Below, piece after piece: positions 35,376-45,286 of a stretch of 63,946 nt of DNA. Origin of the DNA: a virus. Its lineage: Duplodnaviria > Caudoviricetes. Position 1 is the first letter of the stretch; every line of letters begins with the position of its first letter. Both the position numbers and the translations under genes were made by a program. A model generated the notes under the pieces. That model ran no database searches. It had not been told where the DNA came from and saw nothing but the letters and a program-made list of their open reading frames with translations. Where the stretch lies: the IMG/VR virus record IMGVR_UViG_3300036851_000534, positions 1 through 63,946 of that record; one strand, written 5' to 3'.

Positions 35376-37577
35376 GGAAGCGGCACGCTGGACACCGGCA
35401 TTCTCCGTACGCACACGTTGACGGTAGACGTAGAACTCCGGCAGATGGTCGGCGCCGGCGCGGTACTGATCGACGGCTCCGGCAGCGCCGAGGCCCGGAT
35501 CGTGGTGGAAGCGGCGGCCGGCGCGACGGATCTGCTCTGCACCGGCCTTGGTCCCGGGGTCACTTCTTATGACAACCTGGAGCTAGCCCTCTACGTCAAC
35601 GGCGTGCGAACCCTCCTTGACACTGGCACCGGCTCCTGTACCCCCGGTTGGTTTCCGGCCGTCACCATCACGAAGGTGATCGGAAACTTGCGGCTCGGGG
35701 TGGCCTACTCGGGCGCCAACGTCCTCGGCTATTCCTGGTGGACGGATAGCGCCACGACCATCGCGATCGACGTTGAGGGAACGGTCGTTCGCAATGACAC
35801 GCTTACCGAACCTCCCCTGGTCATCGGTGCCGGCGAGATCATGACCATGGGCGGTGCTACTTTCAACCCCCCCACGCTCACCTATGCCCGCTTCTCCAAC
35901 TTCACCTCCAACGGGGTCGCCCTCACGCATGGCCCTTATGAGATCATCAACTCCGATCAAAAATACTTCGGCCCCACCTGGCGGTATACCGTCGATCTGG
36001 CGCTGATCGGCCCGGATGGCGTGGCGGTGACCGGGGCGGATGCGACCTATAACGGCGCGAGGAGCGTCCCCTCTAGCTTCACCCAGACCGCCGATATGTT
36101 CGCCGAAGACGGCGCCGACCTCCCCTTTGTGCGCGCGGTCGGGGCGGCGACCCTCGCAAACCCCTGGCTCGCGGCCCAGACGATCCGGCCCTATGAGGCG
36201 GATCGGACGTTTGTCTTCGAGGGCAATGATCCGAAAGACCCGACGAAGAGCGCGGTGACAACCTGGAACGTCGGGACGGTGCGGATCAACTCGCCGCTGA
36301 CCATGCTCCTCTCCCCCAACGTCTGGGTGGCTTCCTCGGGAGATATCATCGTTTCGGGCGCGGGAGGTTCGACCTGGACAGTGGGGGCGACCGGGAGTCA
36401 CGTCACCCGCACCCTCGCCGAAAGCTGGCGGGATTGGAACACCCCAGCCCATCCGGATGAGGAGACGGACGATAACTATACGACCACGAAGCACAACTAC
36501 TATGCGAGTGGGGCCACCGATGACGTGTGGGGTTGGAGCCTCTACGCCTATCTCGACGTGAACCTGACCGTGCCGAGCGCGTCGGTCTTGACGCTCCGGG
36601 TCAGCTGGGCGGTCATTCTGGAGGACGAAAGTATCGTCACGGTGAACCGGAGTTACACGAAGACGTGGACTGTCTCAGGCACGCAGCGGATTGATCTGCT
36701 CTACCCGGACGAGGGAGAGAAGCCTTTCTACGGAGAGCGGGTGGACTCAATTCGCATCTCCGGGTTCAACATCGGCGCCTATACGCTCAACAGCATGGAA
36801 CTGGTCGCCGATCAGGATGCCTATCTAAAGCACGGCTTCCGTAGTTTCACCGATACCGGCGGGGTGATGCTGGCCCAGGACGGGGAGTTCGTCTTCTCAC
36901 AGTGGAACGGAGACAGTATCATCGACGGGACGGATGCCGACCTCGACGGCCTGATCGATCGGACGAAGGATCACCAGAACGGGGTCTTCGACTACGCACC
37001 CGATGAGAGCGATCCCGTCGATACTCAGAGCCTTGGCGGAGCGGCGGGTCTGGCCCTGGTCCCGGGGGTGACCCTTCAGCAGATGTTCACGGAGTTGCAC
37101 CGGCTGGAGGGGCTGACGGCGACCTATGACGATACCGCCTTCGCGCCGGATGCCGGCGATGCCCTCACCGACAGCTTCGGAAACACGATCACGGCTCGGC
37201 GGGCGGAATGGCTGCGGCTCAATCTCCCCCACACCCGGGTGGCGAAGAACACGAACGTGAGCCTGGTCGCCCGCCTCGTTGCCGCCGATGTTCACCTTGT
37301 CGGCGGCCTCCTTCCGGCCGAGCAGGTGATCTTCCAGCGTAATCGGCTCGGGATGGCCCTCGAAGCCCAGACGCGGACCGCGGCCAACGCCCGGGGCGGC
37401 GCCGGCCAGACGGTGACGGCGCGCGCCTTCTTCGGCGGGGCGCCGGTCGGCAATGACCCGTCGCTCGGAAGCGGCACGACGGACGCGAGCGGGTTCGTGA
37501 CGGTGCCGATCCGGACGGGAGAGTACCTGGATGGCTCGACCTATCGAGAGTTCAGTTGTCTGCTCGAAGGTTCGTGA
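35364..37577 (+). CDS. Large putative tail/structural protein
   Basis: 737 aa, Thr/Gly/Asp-rich; GGGAGG SD. Confidence 0.6.
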   Translation: MAALGSGTLDTGILRTHTLTVDVELRQMVGAGAVLIDGSGSAEARIVVEAAAGATDLLCTGLGPGVTSYDNLELALYVNGVRTLLDTGTGSCTPGWFPAVTITKVIGNLRLGVAYSGANVLGYSWWTDSATTIAIDVEGTVVRNDTLTEPPLVIGAGEIMTMGGATFNPPTLTYARFSNFTSNGVALTHGPYEIINSDQKYFGPTWRYTVDLALIGPDGVAVTGADATYNGARSVPSSFTQTADMFAEDGADLPFVRAVGAATLANPWLAAQTIRPYEADRTFVFEGNDPKDPTKSAVTTWNVGTVRINSPLTMLLSPNVWVASSGDIIVSGAGGSTWTVGATGSHVTRTLAESWRDWNTPAHPDEETDDNYTTTKHNYYASGATDDVWGWSLYAYLDVNLTVPSASVLTLRVSWAVILEDESIVTVNRSYTKTWTVSGTQRIDLLYPDEGEKPFYGERVDSIRISGFNIGAYTLNSMELVADQDAYLKHGFRSFTDTGGVMLAQDGEFVFSQWNGDSIIDGTDADLDGLIDRTKDHQNGVFDYAPDESDPVDTQSLGGAAGLALVPGVTLQQMFTELHRLEGLTATYDDTAFAPDAGDALTDSFGNTITARRAEWLRLNLPHTRVAKNTNVSLVARLVAADVHLVGGLLPAEQVIFQRNRLGMALEAQTRTAANARGGAGQTVTARAFFGGAPVGNDPSLGSGTTDASGFVTVPIRTGEYLDGSTYREFSCLLEGS

Positions 37578-37770
37578 GTTACAAGCGGCGAGTATCTGCT
37601 TGCGCCGGACTGACGGCGAAGAGTTGTGGATCGACCGGGAAGAGGGCAGTCGTGTCGCGATCCGCTGGGAGGATCGCGAAGCGGGTTTCTATTCCTCGCT
37701 GACTCTTCAGCCGCATGAGGCCCGCCAACTCCTCGCCTGGCTGAAGGAGCAGTTCCCGGAGGACGCATGA
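37531..37770 (+). CDS. Small protein 1 of a paralog array (start uncertain)
   Basis: Ends LLAWLKEQFPEDA. Confidence 0.5.
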   Translation: MARPIESSVVCSKVRELQAASICLRRTDGEELWIDREEGSRVAIRWEDREAGFYSSLTLQPHEARQLLAWLKEQFPEDA

Positions 37771-37958
37771 GCGAGCCCAAGCACTATATCGCCTCCGATG
37801 TCGATCTGCTGTGCCGGAAGATCATCACCCGGCATGGCAGCCATTGCCTGATGATCCGTCTTGGTCGGGAGCCATCAGAGCAGGCGGCCATCCTTGACAC
37901 GCAGGAGACGCGCAACCTCCTCGCCTGGCTGAAGGAGCAGTTCCCGGAGGACGCATGA
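37767..37958 (+). CDS. Small protein 2 of the paralog array
   Basis: Ends LLAWLKEQFPEDA; ATGA coupling. Confidence 0.6.
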   Translation: MSEPKHYIASDVDLLCRKIITRHGSHCLMIRLGREPSEQAAILDTQETRNLLAWLKEQFPEDA

Positions 37959-38167
37959 GCGATGGCTTCTCGAAGGCGCCTACTCCTTCCGCGCGTCGGC
38001 TGATCTGGTGGACCCCAGAAGGGAGCCTGGAAGTGTCCGTTACCGCTGACGGTGTGGCAGTGTTCCGGGTGGATATCGGGCCGGAGCACTGCTGTTTCGC
38101 GCTGACCGAGGCGGATCGGCATTCTCTCCTCGCCTGGCTCAAGGCGCAGTTCCCGGAGGAAGGATGA
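37955..38167 (+). CDS. Small protein 3 of the paralog array
   Basis: Ends LLAWLKAQFPEEG. Confidence 0.6.
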   Translation: MSDGFSKAPTPSARRLIWWTPEGSLEVSVTADGVAVFRVDIGPEHCCFALTEADRHSLLAWLKAQFPEEG

Positions 38168-38373
38168 GCGAGCGGTACATCCTCGACCTGCGCGAGGAGC
38201 CGATCCTCCATTTCGATGTGCGGCGGCAGCGGCGCTTACCCTGGACGCCGTCTCACATCTCCGTGGAGGTGCGACCGGAAGGGGGCGGGGATAGCCTCAC
38301 CCTGCGACTCGCCGAGGGGCAGGCCGAGGCGCTGCTGATCCTGCTTGAGCGCGAGGTCGGTCGGAAGGAATAG
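38164..38373 (+). CDS. Small protein 4 of the array
   Basis: Similar beta-rich plus helix layout, diverged end. Confidence 0.55.
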   Translation: MSERYILDLREEPILHFDVRRQRRLPWTPSHISVEVRPEGGGDSLTLRLAEGQAEALLILLEREVGRKE

Positions 38374-38376
38374 TTC

Positions 38377-39360
38377 GTGCCCGCCGTCCTCCGCTATGTC
38401 CGCTCCACCATCCGCAAACCCCGCACCGGCCAGCGAGTCCGGCTCCAGGCCACCGTCCCGGCCGTCAGCGATGAGGTCTTCAATCTGACCTCCAGTTTCG
38501 GCAACTACGCCCGCGTATCCACGATCAACGGGAACATCCGCTTCGCTTACAGTCACGACCCGGTTCCGTTCAGTTATGAGTTCGAGGTCACGGCCACGAA
38601 CACCGGAGACTGCGCCACGGGAAGGTTCTGCTGGACGCCCCGACAGCGGCTCCACCTCACCTATTACTGCCCGACCGAGACCCTGGAGCGCACCTCTGAC
38701 GATGATGGACGCACCTGGAGTGGTGAAACCACGATCTTTGCCAATGCGCGACATCCGGACATCGCGTGCTCGACGGAGGGCACGATTCTACGGGCTGCCC
38801 ACGAAACGGCGACGAATAAGATTACCTGTACGCGCCAGTATACCGGCGAGGCGGCCGCTGGTTCTCCGTTCTACCTGAAGAACGCGGCCGGGGCGGATAT
38901 CACGATCGAAGATGACAGCTTCCGGCTCTGTCCGGATCTGCGGGGCTGGTGGTGGCTGCACGTTCGGCTCGCGGGAGGGAGTGCGACCTCGCTGCTCTTT
39001 TCGACGGACGACGGCGAAACGTTCGCCGCCACCGCCGGCGCTGTCACTGGAATCAGTTCCGGGACGCACCCGGGATTCGCGGCCGGTCACGACGGCACGC
39101 TGTGGGCGTGGGCCTACCTGGGAGGCGAGGTCGCCATGACACGCCGCTATCCGGGTGAGGTGGACTGGAGCAGTCCGGTGAGCGTGCAGGACAACCTGGG
39201 AGCGGATCTCGCGGTGAAGGACATCCCCTCGAGTATGGCGCTGGCCTGGGAAGGACCGAAGCGGCTCATCCTGGCGACGATCTACTCGACGCACGTCGGG
39301 CCGTCAGACTGGTGGTCAAGCGACGATGCAACGAGCTTCAAGCGGTTCCTCGGGACATGA
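38377..39360 (+). CDS. BNR/Asp-box repeat (beta-propeller) protein
   Basis: SDDDGRTWS, STDDGETF, SSDDATSF. Confidence 0.7.
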   Translation: MPAVLRYVRSTIRKPRTGQRVRLQATVPAVSDEVFNLTSSFGNYARVSTINGNIRFAYSHDPVPFSYEFEVTATNTGDCATGRFCWTPRQRLHLTYYCPTETLERTSDDDGRTWSGETTIFANARHPDIACSTEGTILRAAHETATNKITCTRQYTGEAAAGSPFYLKNAAGADITIEDDSFRLCPDLRGWWWLHVRLAGGSATSLLFSTDDGETFAATAGAVTGISSGTHPGFAAGHDGTLWAWAYLGGEVAMTRRYPGEVDWSSPVSVQDNLGADLAVKDIPSSMALAWEGPKRLILATIYSTHVGPSDWWSSDDATSFKRFLGT

Positions 39361-39803
39361 AACCTCGGCTGATCAGCGAAGCGCAGCATCGCCTCGAGCG
39401 TCTCAACGCGACGATCGCCCACCAGCGCGCGGAGGCCGAGAAGCGGGCCGAGGAGTTGCAGGAACTCGAGCGCCAGCAGTTCGCGGCCCGGGAGCAGCTA
39501 CAGGCGGAAGCCGCCGCCGATCCGCAGCCCGGCGATCTCTGGAGCGAAATGTGTTCTTACTGGCTCCATGTCGTGGCCCGGGAGGGGGATCAGGTGACCT
39601 GCCTCCACGCGGGCGGGCCCTGCACTTTCCCGCAGGATGGGAAACTCTGGGAGGGGACGGTCGCGGCGTTCGCGGCAGAGTGGAGTACCTACAGCCTCTA
39701 TGAGCGGGGCATCGACGTTAGCGGGTGGCTTTCTCGGTGGCGGGCGCCTCGATTAACCCCGCCTCCTCCTTCGCCTTCTGAATTCCTGCGTCGGCGTGCT
39801 TGA
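39357..39803 (+). CDS. Hypothetical protein
   Basis: Coiled-coil N-terminus; ATGA coupling. Confidence 0.5.
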   Translation: MKPRLISEAQHRLERLNATIAHQRAEAEKRAEELQELERQQFAAREQLQAEAAADPQPGDLWSEMCSYWLHVVAREGDQVTCLHAGGPCTFPQDGKLWEGTVAAFAAEWSTYSLYERGIDVSGWLSRWRAPRLTPPPPSPSEFLRRRA

Positions 39804-39963
39804 GCCAGCGAAGGCAATCGTTCTTCAGATAGGGCGCGAGGCCCCGCAGCCGACGCGAGAGGAGCCCTGCCGCGAGGTTGGCGACGGTCTCGAAGCATTG
39901 TTCGTGCGACAGATCCAGGCGTTCGTCCCAGCCGCAGATCGGACAGCGCCAGGGTTCAGCCAT
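39718..39963 (-). CDS. Hypothetical protein
   Basis: CPICG; SD. Confidence 0.45.
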   Translation of the reverse strand: MAEPWRCPICGWDERLDLSHEQCFETVANLAAGLLSRRLRGLAPYLKNDCLRWLKHADAGIQKAKEEAGLIEAPATEKATR

Positions 39964-40375
39964 TCCACTTCCCTCTCCCCAAACCCGTAAGCCGGCGCAG
40001 CTCTGCGCAGGTCTTACAGGCGCACATGCCGCCGACCACCTCCGCGTGGCCCGGCATGTCTCGCCCGCCGCGCGTGGCCTGGCGGAGCAGATCGCGGGCC
40101 GCCGCCAGGTCCCCATGGTACTGGTCGCGCTGGGTGATCAACTGCTCTCGCTGTGCGGTTAGTCCGGCGACTTCCTCACGGGCCGCCGCGAGGTCGATCT
40201 GCATCTGCTCCCACTGCCGAAAGGTCGGCCAGGCTGCGGGATCAGAAGGACCGGAGAGCATGACCGCGAGGCTCTTGGGATCGACGTCGGCCAGATCGGC
40301 GTCCGCGAACGGCTCCCAGGCAAACTGTTCCGGCAGCGCGCGGTAAAGCCTGGCGCGCGATTCCGAGTCACTCAT
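39956..40375 (-). CDS. Hypothetical protein
   Basis: Coupled operon. Confidence 0.5.
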   Translation of the reverse strand: MSDSESRARLYRALPEQFAWEPFADADLADVDPKSLAVMLSGPSDPAAWPTFRQWEQMQIDLAAAREEVAGLTAQREQLITQRDQYHGDLAAARDLLRQATRGGRDMPGHAEVVGGMCACKTCAELRRLTGLGRGKWNG

Positions 40376-40692
40376 TCGACGCCCTCCGCGCCCCGCGCCA
40401 GCGCCTCCACCGGCTCATGCCCGGACAGGCAGAACGTCACCGGGCGAAACCCGCGCCGCAGGAGCATGCCGGCGAGCTTCATGCTCAGCACGACTGTGAA
40501 GACCACGTTCTTATCGTGCGGAAGCGCGTCCAAATAACGCGAGACGCTGCCTTCGCCCGGCGGGATCCCGATCACCAGCGGGATCAGCAGCCAACCTGGA
40601 ACCGGCTCGGCGCAGATGCCGTAGACGCCGGGAGCCAGCTCGTCCAGGTCCTCGGGGATCCGATCGATCCGCAGCTCCTTCGTGAGAGTCAT
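40372..40692 (-). CDS. Hypothetical protein (possibly GNAT-like)
   Basis: G.G...YL...V....LAGML.RRGF. Confidence 0.45.
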   Translation of the reverse strand: MTLTKELRIDRIPEDLDELAPGVYGICAEPVPGWLLIPLVIGIPPGEGSVSRYLDALPHDKNVVFTVVLSMKLAGMLLRRGFRPVTFCLSGHEPVEALARGAEGVE

Positions 40693-40961
40693 GGCCGCTT
40701 CAAATCCAGGCGCGCCTCGCGGAAGGCGCGAAACTCCCGTAGCATCGTGGCGATCTCCGGATCCGTCATGGCAAGCTTTTCCCGCATCACCATGACGAGA
40801 AACGCATCCTGTTCGGCTGCCTCGGCGGCTTCGATCACGACGGCGGCATGATGACGCGCCTCTTCCGGCGACAACTGTCCGCGCTCGGAGCCCCAGGAGA
40901 GCACCAAAAAGGGCTTGCCTACCAGGGTGACCGAGGACTCGACTTCGATCCTTTTGCCCAT
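40689..40961 (-). CDS. Hypothetical protein
   Basis: EAR..A....EAAEAAEQDAFL; SD. Confidence 0.55.
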   Translation of the reverse strand: MGKRIEVESSVTLVGKPFLVLSWGSERGQLSPEEARHHAAVVIEAAEAAEQDAFLVMVMREKLAMTDPEIATMLREFRAFREARLDLKRP

Positions 40962-41034
40962 CGCTGCTCCCTTCCCTAAGGTTCCGGCTCTTCCCGCCCG
41001 ACTCCTGCTGCTGGTGTTTGGATCGAGGTAGCGG

Positions 41035-41787
41035 TCACTCATCCTGGGGATTTGTAAGGATTCGCTCAACAGGCCAGCCTCGATCCAGGCGGCGCCCGAG
41101 CGTTCGGTGATTGCATCCGAGCCGCTTTGCCCATTGTGTGAGAGAGAGGGTTTCTCCCTGATAGACTATCAAGCGCGGCTTCCTTTCGGGGCGAGGAGGT
41201 TCCGTCAGGGCTTTTTCGATCGGCCACCCCTGTGCCAGACGGTAACGGAGAGTTGTCGGATCGAGATTGAAACGAGCGGCCCAATCTTCCCGGGTTAGCC
41301 GTTCTCCTTGATACTCAATAAAACGGTTCGTTCTTTTGTTCCGTTGCTGCTCTGCCGTTGTCGCCCAGCGAACGTTGCCAGGTTCGTAGTGGCCGTCATT
41401 GTCGATCCGCTCCAGGGAGTGATTCGCGCCGGGGCGCCAGCCCATATCTTCGATAAACGCCGCAAAGTCGTGCCAGCGTTCGCAAACCCGGATCCCTCGT
41501 CCCCCGTAGAGCGGCCAGACCTTCAGATTGGGATTTCGACAGCGCGCGAGCATCGACTGCCAGACCTTGTATTCCGGTGTCTGCCAGCCGCCATGTTTGG
41601 CGAGTCTTTTCCCCATGCACGCGCGGCAACTGGAAGTTTTCCCGGTGCGAAGATTGAGGGCATAAATGGGTTTTTCGACCCCACAGGCACAGCGACAAAG
41701 GACGTGACGCCGCGCTTCATATCGGGGCAACTCTGCCAGGACGGTCCATTGTCCGTACGTCTTTCCGATCATCGGTATCTTTTCCAT
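41035..41787 (-). CDS. HNH-type homing endonuclease
   Basis: CRCACG; W..M..RC; YGGRGIRVCERW; LERIDNDGHYEPGNVRWAT; duplicated C-terminal DNA-binding unit. Confidence 0.85.
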   Translation of the reverse strand: MEKIPMIGKTYGQWTVLAELPRYEARRHVLCRCACGVEKPIYALNLRTGKTSSCRACMGKRLAKHGGWQTPEYKVWQSMLARCRNPNLKVWPLYGGRGIRVCERWHDFAAFIEDMGWRPGANHSLERIDNDGHYEPGNVRWATTAEQQRNKRTNRFIEYQGERLTREDWAARFNLDPTTLRYRLAQGWPIEKALTEPPRPERKPRLIVYQGETLSLTQWAKRLGCNHRTLGRRLDRGWPVERILTNPQDE

Positions 41788-41837
41788 AATGCTTTATTGT
41801 ATCGCGGTTCATAGGTGTCTACGCATAGGATAAGCCC

Positions 41838-43934
41838 ATGCCAACGATCTTGACTGCCGTCAACTGCCCTCAGAACCCTACATTTTCCGGTGTTTACCTG
41901 CCCAGCTCCGCGCCGCTCACGTCTCCCACCATCCTCCAGGGCGAGACCACCAACGCCAGGCCGAAGGTCAACGAGGGGCACACGCGCGCCGACCTGACCG
42001 CCCGGTTCGGCGGCGGGGCTTATGCGCTCGTCCACGGCTGCGCGCTCTCGGCGGGCGCCGGGCTGACGCTCAATATCGCCACCGGGCAGGCGCAGATCAA
42101 CGGGACGGTGACGGTCGGCTCCGGGGTGACGGCGAGCCTGACCGACGGCGGCCGGAACTGGATCTGGCTCAGCCAGGCGGGGGCCATCACGGTCGTCTTC
42201 AACTCCCTCACTCCACCGGCCGGCGCCCAATGCCTCCTCGGCTCGGCGCTGACCTCGGGCGGCAGCATTTCAAGCGTGGACACGAGCGGCGTTCTCTTGC
42301 TCATCGGCGGCATGCTGAAGCGACATACCGCCGACACGACGACGCCGGGGGATACACCCCCCTCGCAGCTCCAGTTCTGGGCGTTCGGCGGCAGTTCCAA
42401 AGTCTGGTACTGGAATGGGCTCGTCTATACCGACCTCTCGACGGTCGCCACGCCCGTCTCCATTGCCAACGGCGGCACCGGGGCGACGACGGCGGCCGGG
42501 GCGCGGGCGAACCTGGCGGTAAGCCGCGAAGGCCAGGTGATCAAGACCGTCAATGCGAACGTGACGCTTACCGGCGATGAGACCACCTACTCGCAGATCG
42601 AACTCGCGCAGGGAACGATCGCCGCCGCCTGGGATCTGACGTTTCCGAGCGCGGCCACCATGATCGCGGCGGGGACGGTGGCCGGTCACCAGTGGATCAT
42701 CCGCAACGACACCAACTACGCCGTGCGGATCATCAATCCGGGCACCGACCGCTTCCTGCCGGAACAGAGCCAGGGCGTCTTCTTTTTCGATGGGGTGGAG
42801 ATTTTCGAGCTGGCGCAAAACTATCCGCAGTATGCTAGCCTGACCGCGCCGGCGGCCGATCACAGCTTTGCCACCATCGGCAGCCAGATGAAGGCGCTCA
42901 TCGACATCGAGGTGGACGGCGCGAACCGCAACTTGAACTTCGTCGGCTCCACCGGCAGCCAGCGCGGCCGGCTCTGGGCGGTCCGGAGCAATCAGGACTC
43001 GAGCACGATGCTGACCGCCAAGACCTCGGGGGCGGCTGCTGAGTTCGATACGGTGCTGATGCCGGGCGAAGTCCAGCTCGTGACCATGAAGGGGGACGGC
43101 AACCTGGTGCCGGCGCCTTCGCGCCCCTATACCCGCCGGGTCGCGATTACGCATGACGACGCGGCATCCTACACCGTCCCGCAGGGCGATACCCTGGCGG
43201 TTTACCTCTCGGTTGGCGGCACTTTGACGGCAGCGCGGAACCTCGTCCTTCCGACCTGCAATCACAAGCTGTTCTTCATTGCCAATGCTGCCGCGGGCGG
43301 CTTCGCCATCACGGCAAAGACTTCCGGCGGGACGGGCGTACGGATCCCCAGTGGAAAGGGAGCCTGGGTCTTCTGTGACGGCACGAACTACGTGCGCGCC
43401 GATACCCTCGCCTCGCCCACCGGCGGCGGCTCTCTGGAGGCGCAGGCAACCCAGATTGCCACGGGCACCGTCGCGAACACCGTCACCGAAACAACCCTCA
43501 TCAGCACCCTCATCGGAACGGCGACCTTCGATGCGAACCTGCTCAAGATCGGCCGGACGGTGCGCGTCACCGCCTGGGGCCTGCTAGGGACGACCGGGAC
43601 GCCGACCCTGCGGATCCGGACAAAGATCGGTTCAGTTACCAACGGCGATACGGGCGCGGTGACCATGGCCTCGGTGACGGCGCGCGTCTGGAAACTCGAG
43701 CTGGAGATCGCCTGTCGGGCCATCGGCGCTTCCGGCACGATCCAGAGCACCGGCCGGTTCTTCTACATGCCGGCGGCCACGACGACGGCGCCGAACTTCT
43801 GGGAACTGGGCGCCGGGAGCAACACGCTCGATACGACGGCAACGGCCTTGATAAACATCACCGCCGAATGGTCGGCTGCCGATGCGGCGAACACCATCTC
43901 GCTGACGAATATGACTCTCGAGGTGTTGAACTAG
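41838..43934 (+). CDS. Tail fibre-like protein
   Basis: 698 aa; SIANGGTGATTAAGARANL and V.CDGTN motifs. Confidence 0.7.
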   Translation: MPTILTAVNCPQNPTFSGVYLPSSAPLTSPTILQGETTNARPKVNEGHTRADLTARFGGGAYALVHGCALSAGAGLTLNIATGQAQINGTVTVGSGVTASLTDGGRNWIWLSQAGAITVVFNSLTPPAGAQCLLGSALTSGGSISSVDTSGVLLLIGGMLKRHTADTTTPGDTPPSQLQFWAFGGSSKVWYWNGLVYTDLSTVATPVSIANGGTGATTAAGARANLAVSREGQVIKTVNANVTLTGDETTYSQIELAQGTIAAAWDLTFPSAATMIAAGTVAGHQWIIRNDTNYAVRIINPGTDRFLPEQSQGVFFFDGVEIFELAQNYPQYASLTAPAADHSFATIGSQMKALIDIEVDGANRNLNFVGSTGSQRGRLWAVRSNQDSSTMLTAKTSGAAAEFDTVLMPGEVQLVTMKGDGNLVPAPSRPYTRRVAITHDDAASYTVPQGDTLAVYLSVGGTLTAARNLVLPTCNHKLFFIANAAAGGFAITAKTSGGTGVRIPSGKGAWVFCDGTNYVRADTLASPTGGGSLEAQATQIATGTVANTVTETTLISTLIGTATFDANLLKIGRTVRVTAWGLLGTTGTPTLRIRTKIGSVTNGDTGAVTMASVTARVWKLELEIACRAIGASGTIQSTGRFFYMPAATTTAPNFWELGAGSNTLDTTATALINITAEWSAADAANTISLTNMTLEVLN

Positions 43935-43945
43935 AGATCGATCCG

Positions 43946-44194
43946 CTACCGATCTTCCCTGCTCATTTTCCGGCGCTTCCTGACACCCTCGGCCAACCAC
44001 TCAAGAGTCCGGGTGCGCCGGAAGAACGCCTCTGACGCCTCGAAGACCTCCCGCTCCTGCACGACCGCGCATTGGTCGAGCCAGTCGACCGCCTCGCAGG
44101 CAATCTCGCGTGCTTCATCCCGTTCTTTGAGGGCATCATCGCGCTCTTTGAGGGCGCTGTCTCTCTCATCCAGGACTCGGTGATAGTCGCTCAT
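43946..44194 (-). CDS. Hypothetical protein
   Basis: ERD.AL heptad repeats. Confidence 0.5.
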   Translation of the reverse strand: MSDYHRVLDERDSALKERDDALKERDEAREIACEAVDWLDQCAVVQEREVFEASEAFFRRTRTLEWLAEGVRKRRKMSREDR

Positions 44195-44213
44195 CGCTCG
44201 TCCTCTCCCTCCG

Positions 44214-44405
44214 TCAGCCCCGCCGCCATTCCTTCGATCGCCGCACCGCCGCCGCCATCGCCTGCCGCTCCTCCGCCGTCAGTTCGCGATCCGTCGGCCG
44301 CGGCCCCTTCGGCGGGACCATGGGACGGTGCCAGAGCAGTTGTTCCTCCAGCCGCTTCAGCCGCGCCTCGATCGCCGCGAGCCGCTCCTCCATCTCCTCG
44401 CTCAT
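44214..44405 (-). CDS. Hypothetical protein
   Basis: ATGA coupling. Confidence 0.45.
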   Translation of the reverse strand: MSEEMEERLAAIEARLKRLEEQLLWHRPMVPPKGPRPTDRELTAEERQAMAAAVRRSKEWRRG

Positions 44406-44641
44406 CGCACTTCCTCCTCAACCGCTTCATTACTCTCCCAGCACCAGGGAGGCGTATTCGGCTGCCCATGCTCAGGAGGCCGCTCGGGAATAGAGATCCA
44501 CCCATAGGACCCGCCCTCTGCCGCGGTAGTTTTGGCGAGGATCTGCTCTGCGACCCATTGAAGGTCCGTGAAGTCGCCGCAAACCTCGAAGGAGCCACAC
44601 AACGCGCGCTTCACCGTGCCATGCGCGAGAATGATTCGCAT
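44402..44641 (-). CDS. Hypothetical protein
   Basis: GGGAGG SD. Confidence 0.5.
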   Translation of the reverse strand: MRIILAHGTVKRALCGSFEVCGDFTDLQWVAEQILAKTTAAEGGSYGWISIPERPPEHGQPNTPPWCWESNEAVEEEVR

Positions 44642-44660
44642 CGCCTCCCTTTCTTTTGTC

Positions 44661-45008
44661 TCAATCCCAATCCAGGATCACGAGCTGCTCCGGCGGCAGG
44701 CGAAAGAGGAAAGCGAACACGGCAAACGTCCACTCCATGCACCCTTCCCAGGGCCGGGGGCGCTGCTGGATCTCCGCCGCGTGCGTCCAGGTAAGCGGAT
44801 CGCCATAGCTGTCCGTGTGCGTCGTCTCCAAGCCGGTCTCCTCGGTATATCGCTGTAGTCCTCCCGGCAGCCCCCAGACCGTCCAGGCCTCGACGAACTC
44901 CCGGGCGCCGTCGTCGAGCGTCAGGTGGAGCCGATCGGCGGCGAAGACCGGCCGCCCGGCCGACAGTTCATTGCGGATCGGGAAATAGAGCGTCACCGAG
45001 ACTCCCAT
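44661..45008 (-). CDS. Hypothetical protein
   Basis: TGATG coupling. Confidence 0.5.
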   Translation of the reverse strand: MGVSVTLYFPIRNELSAGRPVFAADRLHLTLDDGAREFVEAWTVWGLPGGLQRYTEETGLETTHTDSYGDPLTWTHAAEIQQRPRPWEGCMEWTFAVFAFLFRLPPEQLVILDWD

Positions 45009-45286
45009 CACTCCTCCTCCGTCAGCCACGCCGGCACCCCGATGCCTGCCGCGCGCAGGCTCGCCAGGATCTCCTCCCGCGTCTCCGGGTCGGTCCACTC
45101 CCGCAGCAGGTAGCGAGAGATTGCCTGGGCCTCATCCCGACCCCGCAGCAGGTAGCGAGAAGTCGCCCGGGCCTTATCCCGCTGCGCCTGGATTCGGCGC
45201 CGGCAATCGCCCAACGCATGCCGCAGATGCATGTCGCAGTGAGCTTCATAGTTCTCCCCACACTCGGGACAGATCCATTTACTCAC
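45008..45286 (-). CDS. Hypothetical protein with a 14-aa internal duplication
   Basis: RDKARATSRYLLRG / RDEAQAISRYLLRE. Confidence 0.5.
   Translation of the reverse strand: MSKWICPECGENYEAHCDMHLRHALGDCRRRIQAQRDKARATSRYLLRGRDEAQAISRYLLREWTDPETREEILASLRAAGIGVPAWLTEEE

Noticed and set aside
35371-37478. 17-bp in-frame direct repeat CGCTCGGAAGCGGCACG near both ends of the 737-aa gene
   Set aside because: One such match is plausible by chance in a 64-kb GC-rich genome; no other support
37729-38171. 46-bp repeats as a CRISPR array
   Set aside because: The spacers are 142-163 nt, the repeats are coding and not palindromic, and there are no cas genes
40962-41837. Orphan/replacement pair around the third HNH
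   Set aside because: Looked for on both flanks and none was recognisable, so this locus is not counted in the pattern
41027-43950. 8-bp inverted repeat GGTAGCGG/CCGCTACC flanking the HNH + fibre block as an invertible segment
   Set aside because: Too short, and no invertase gene
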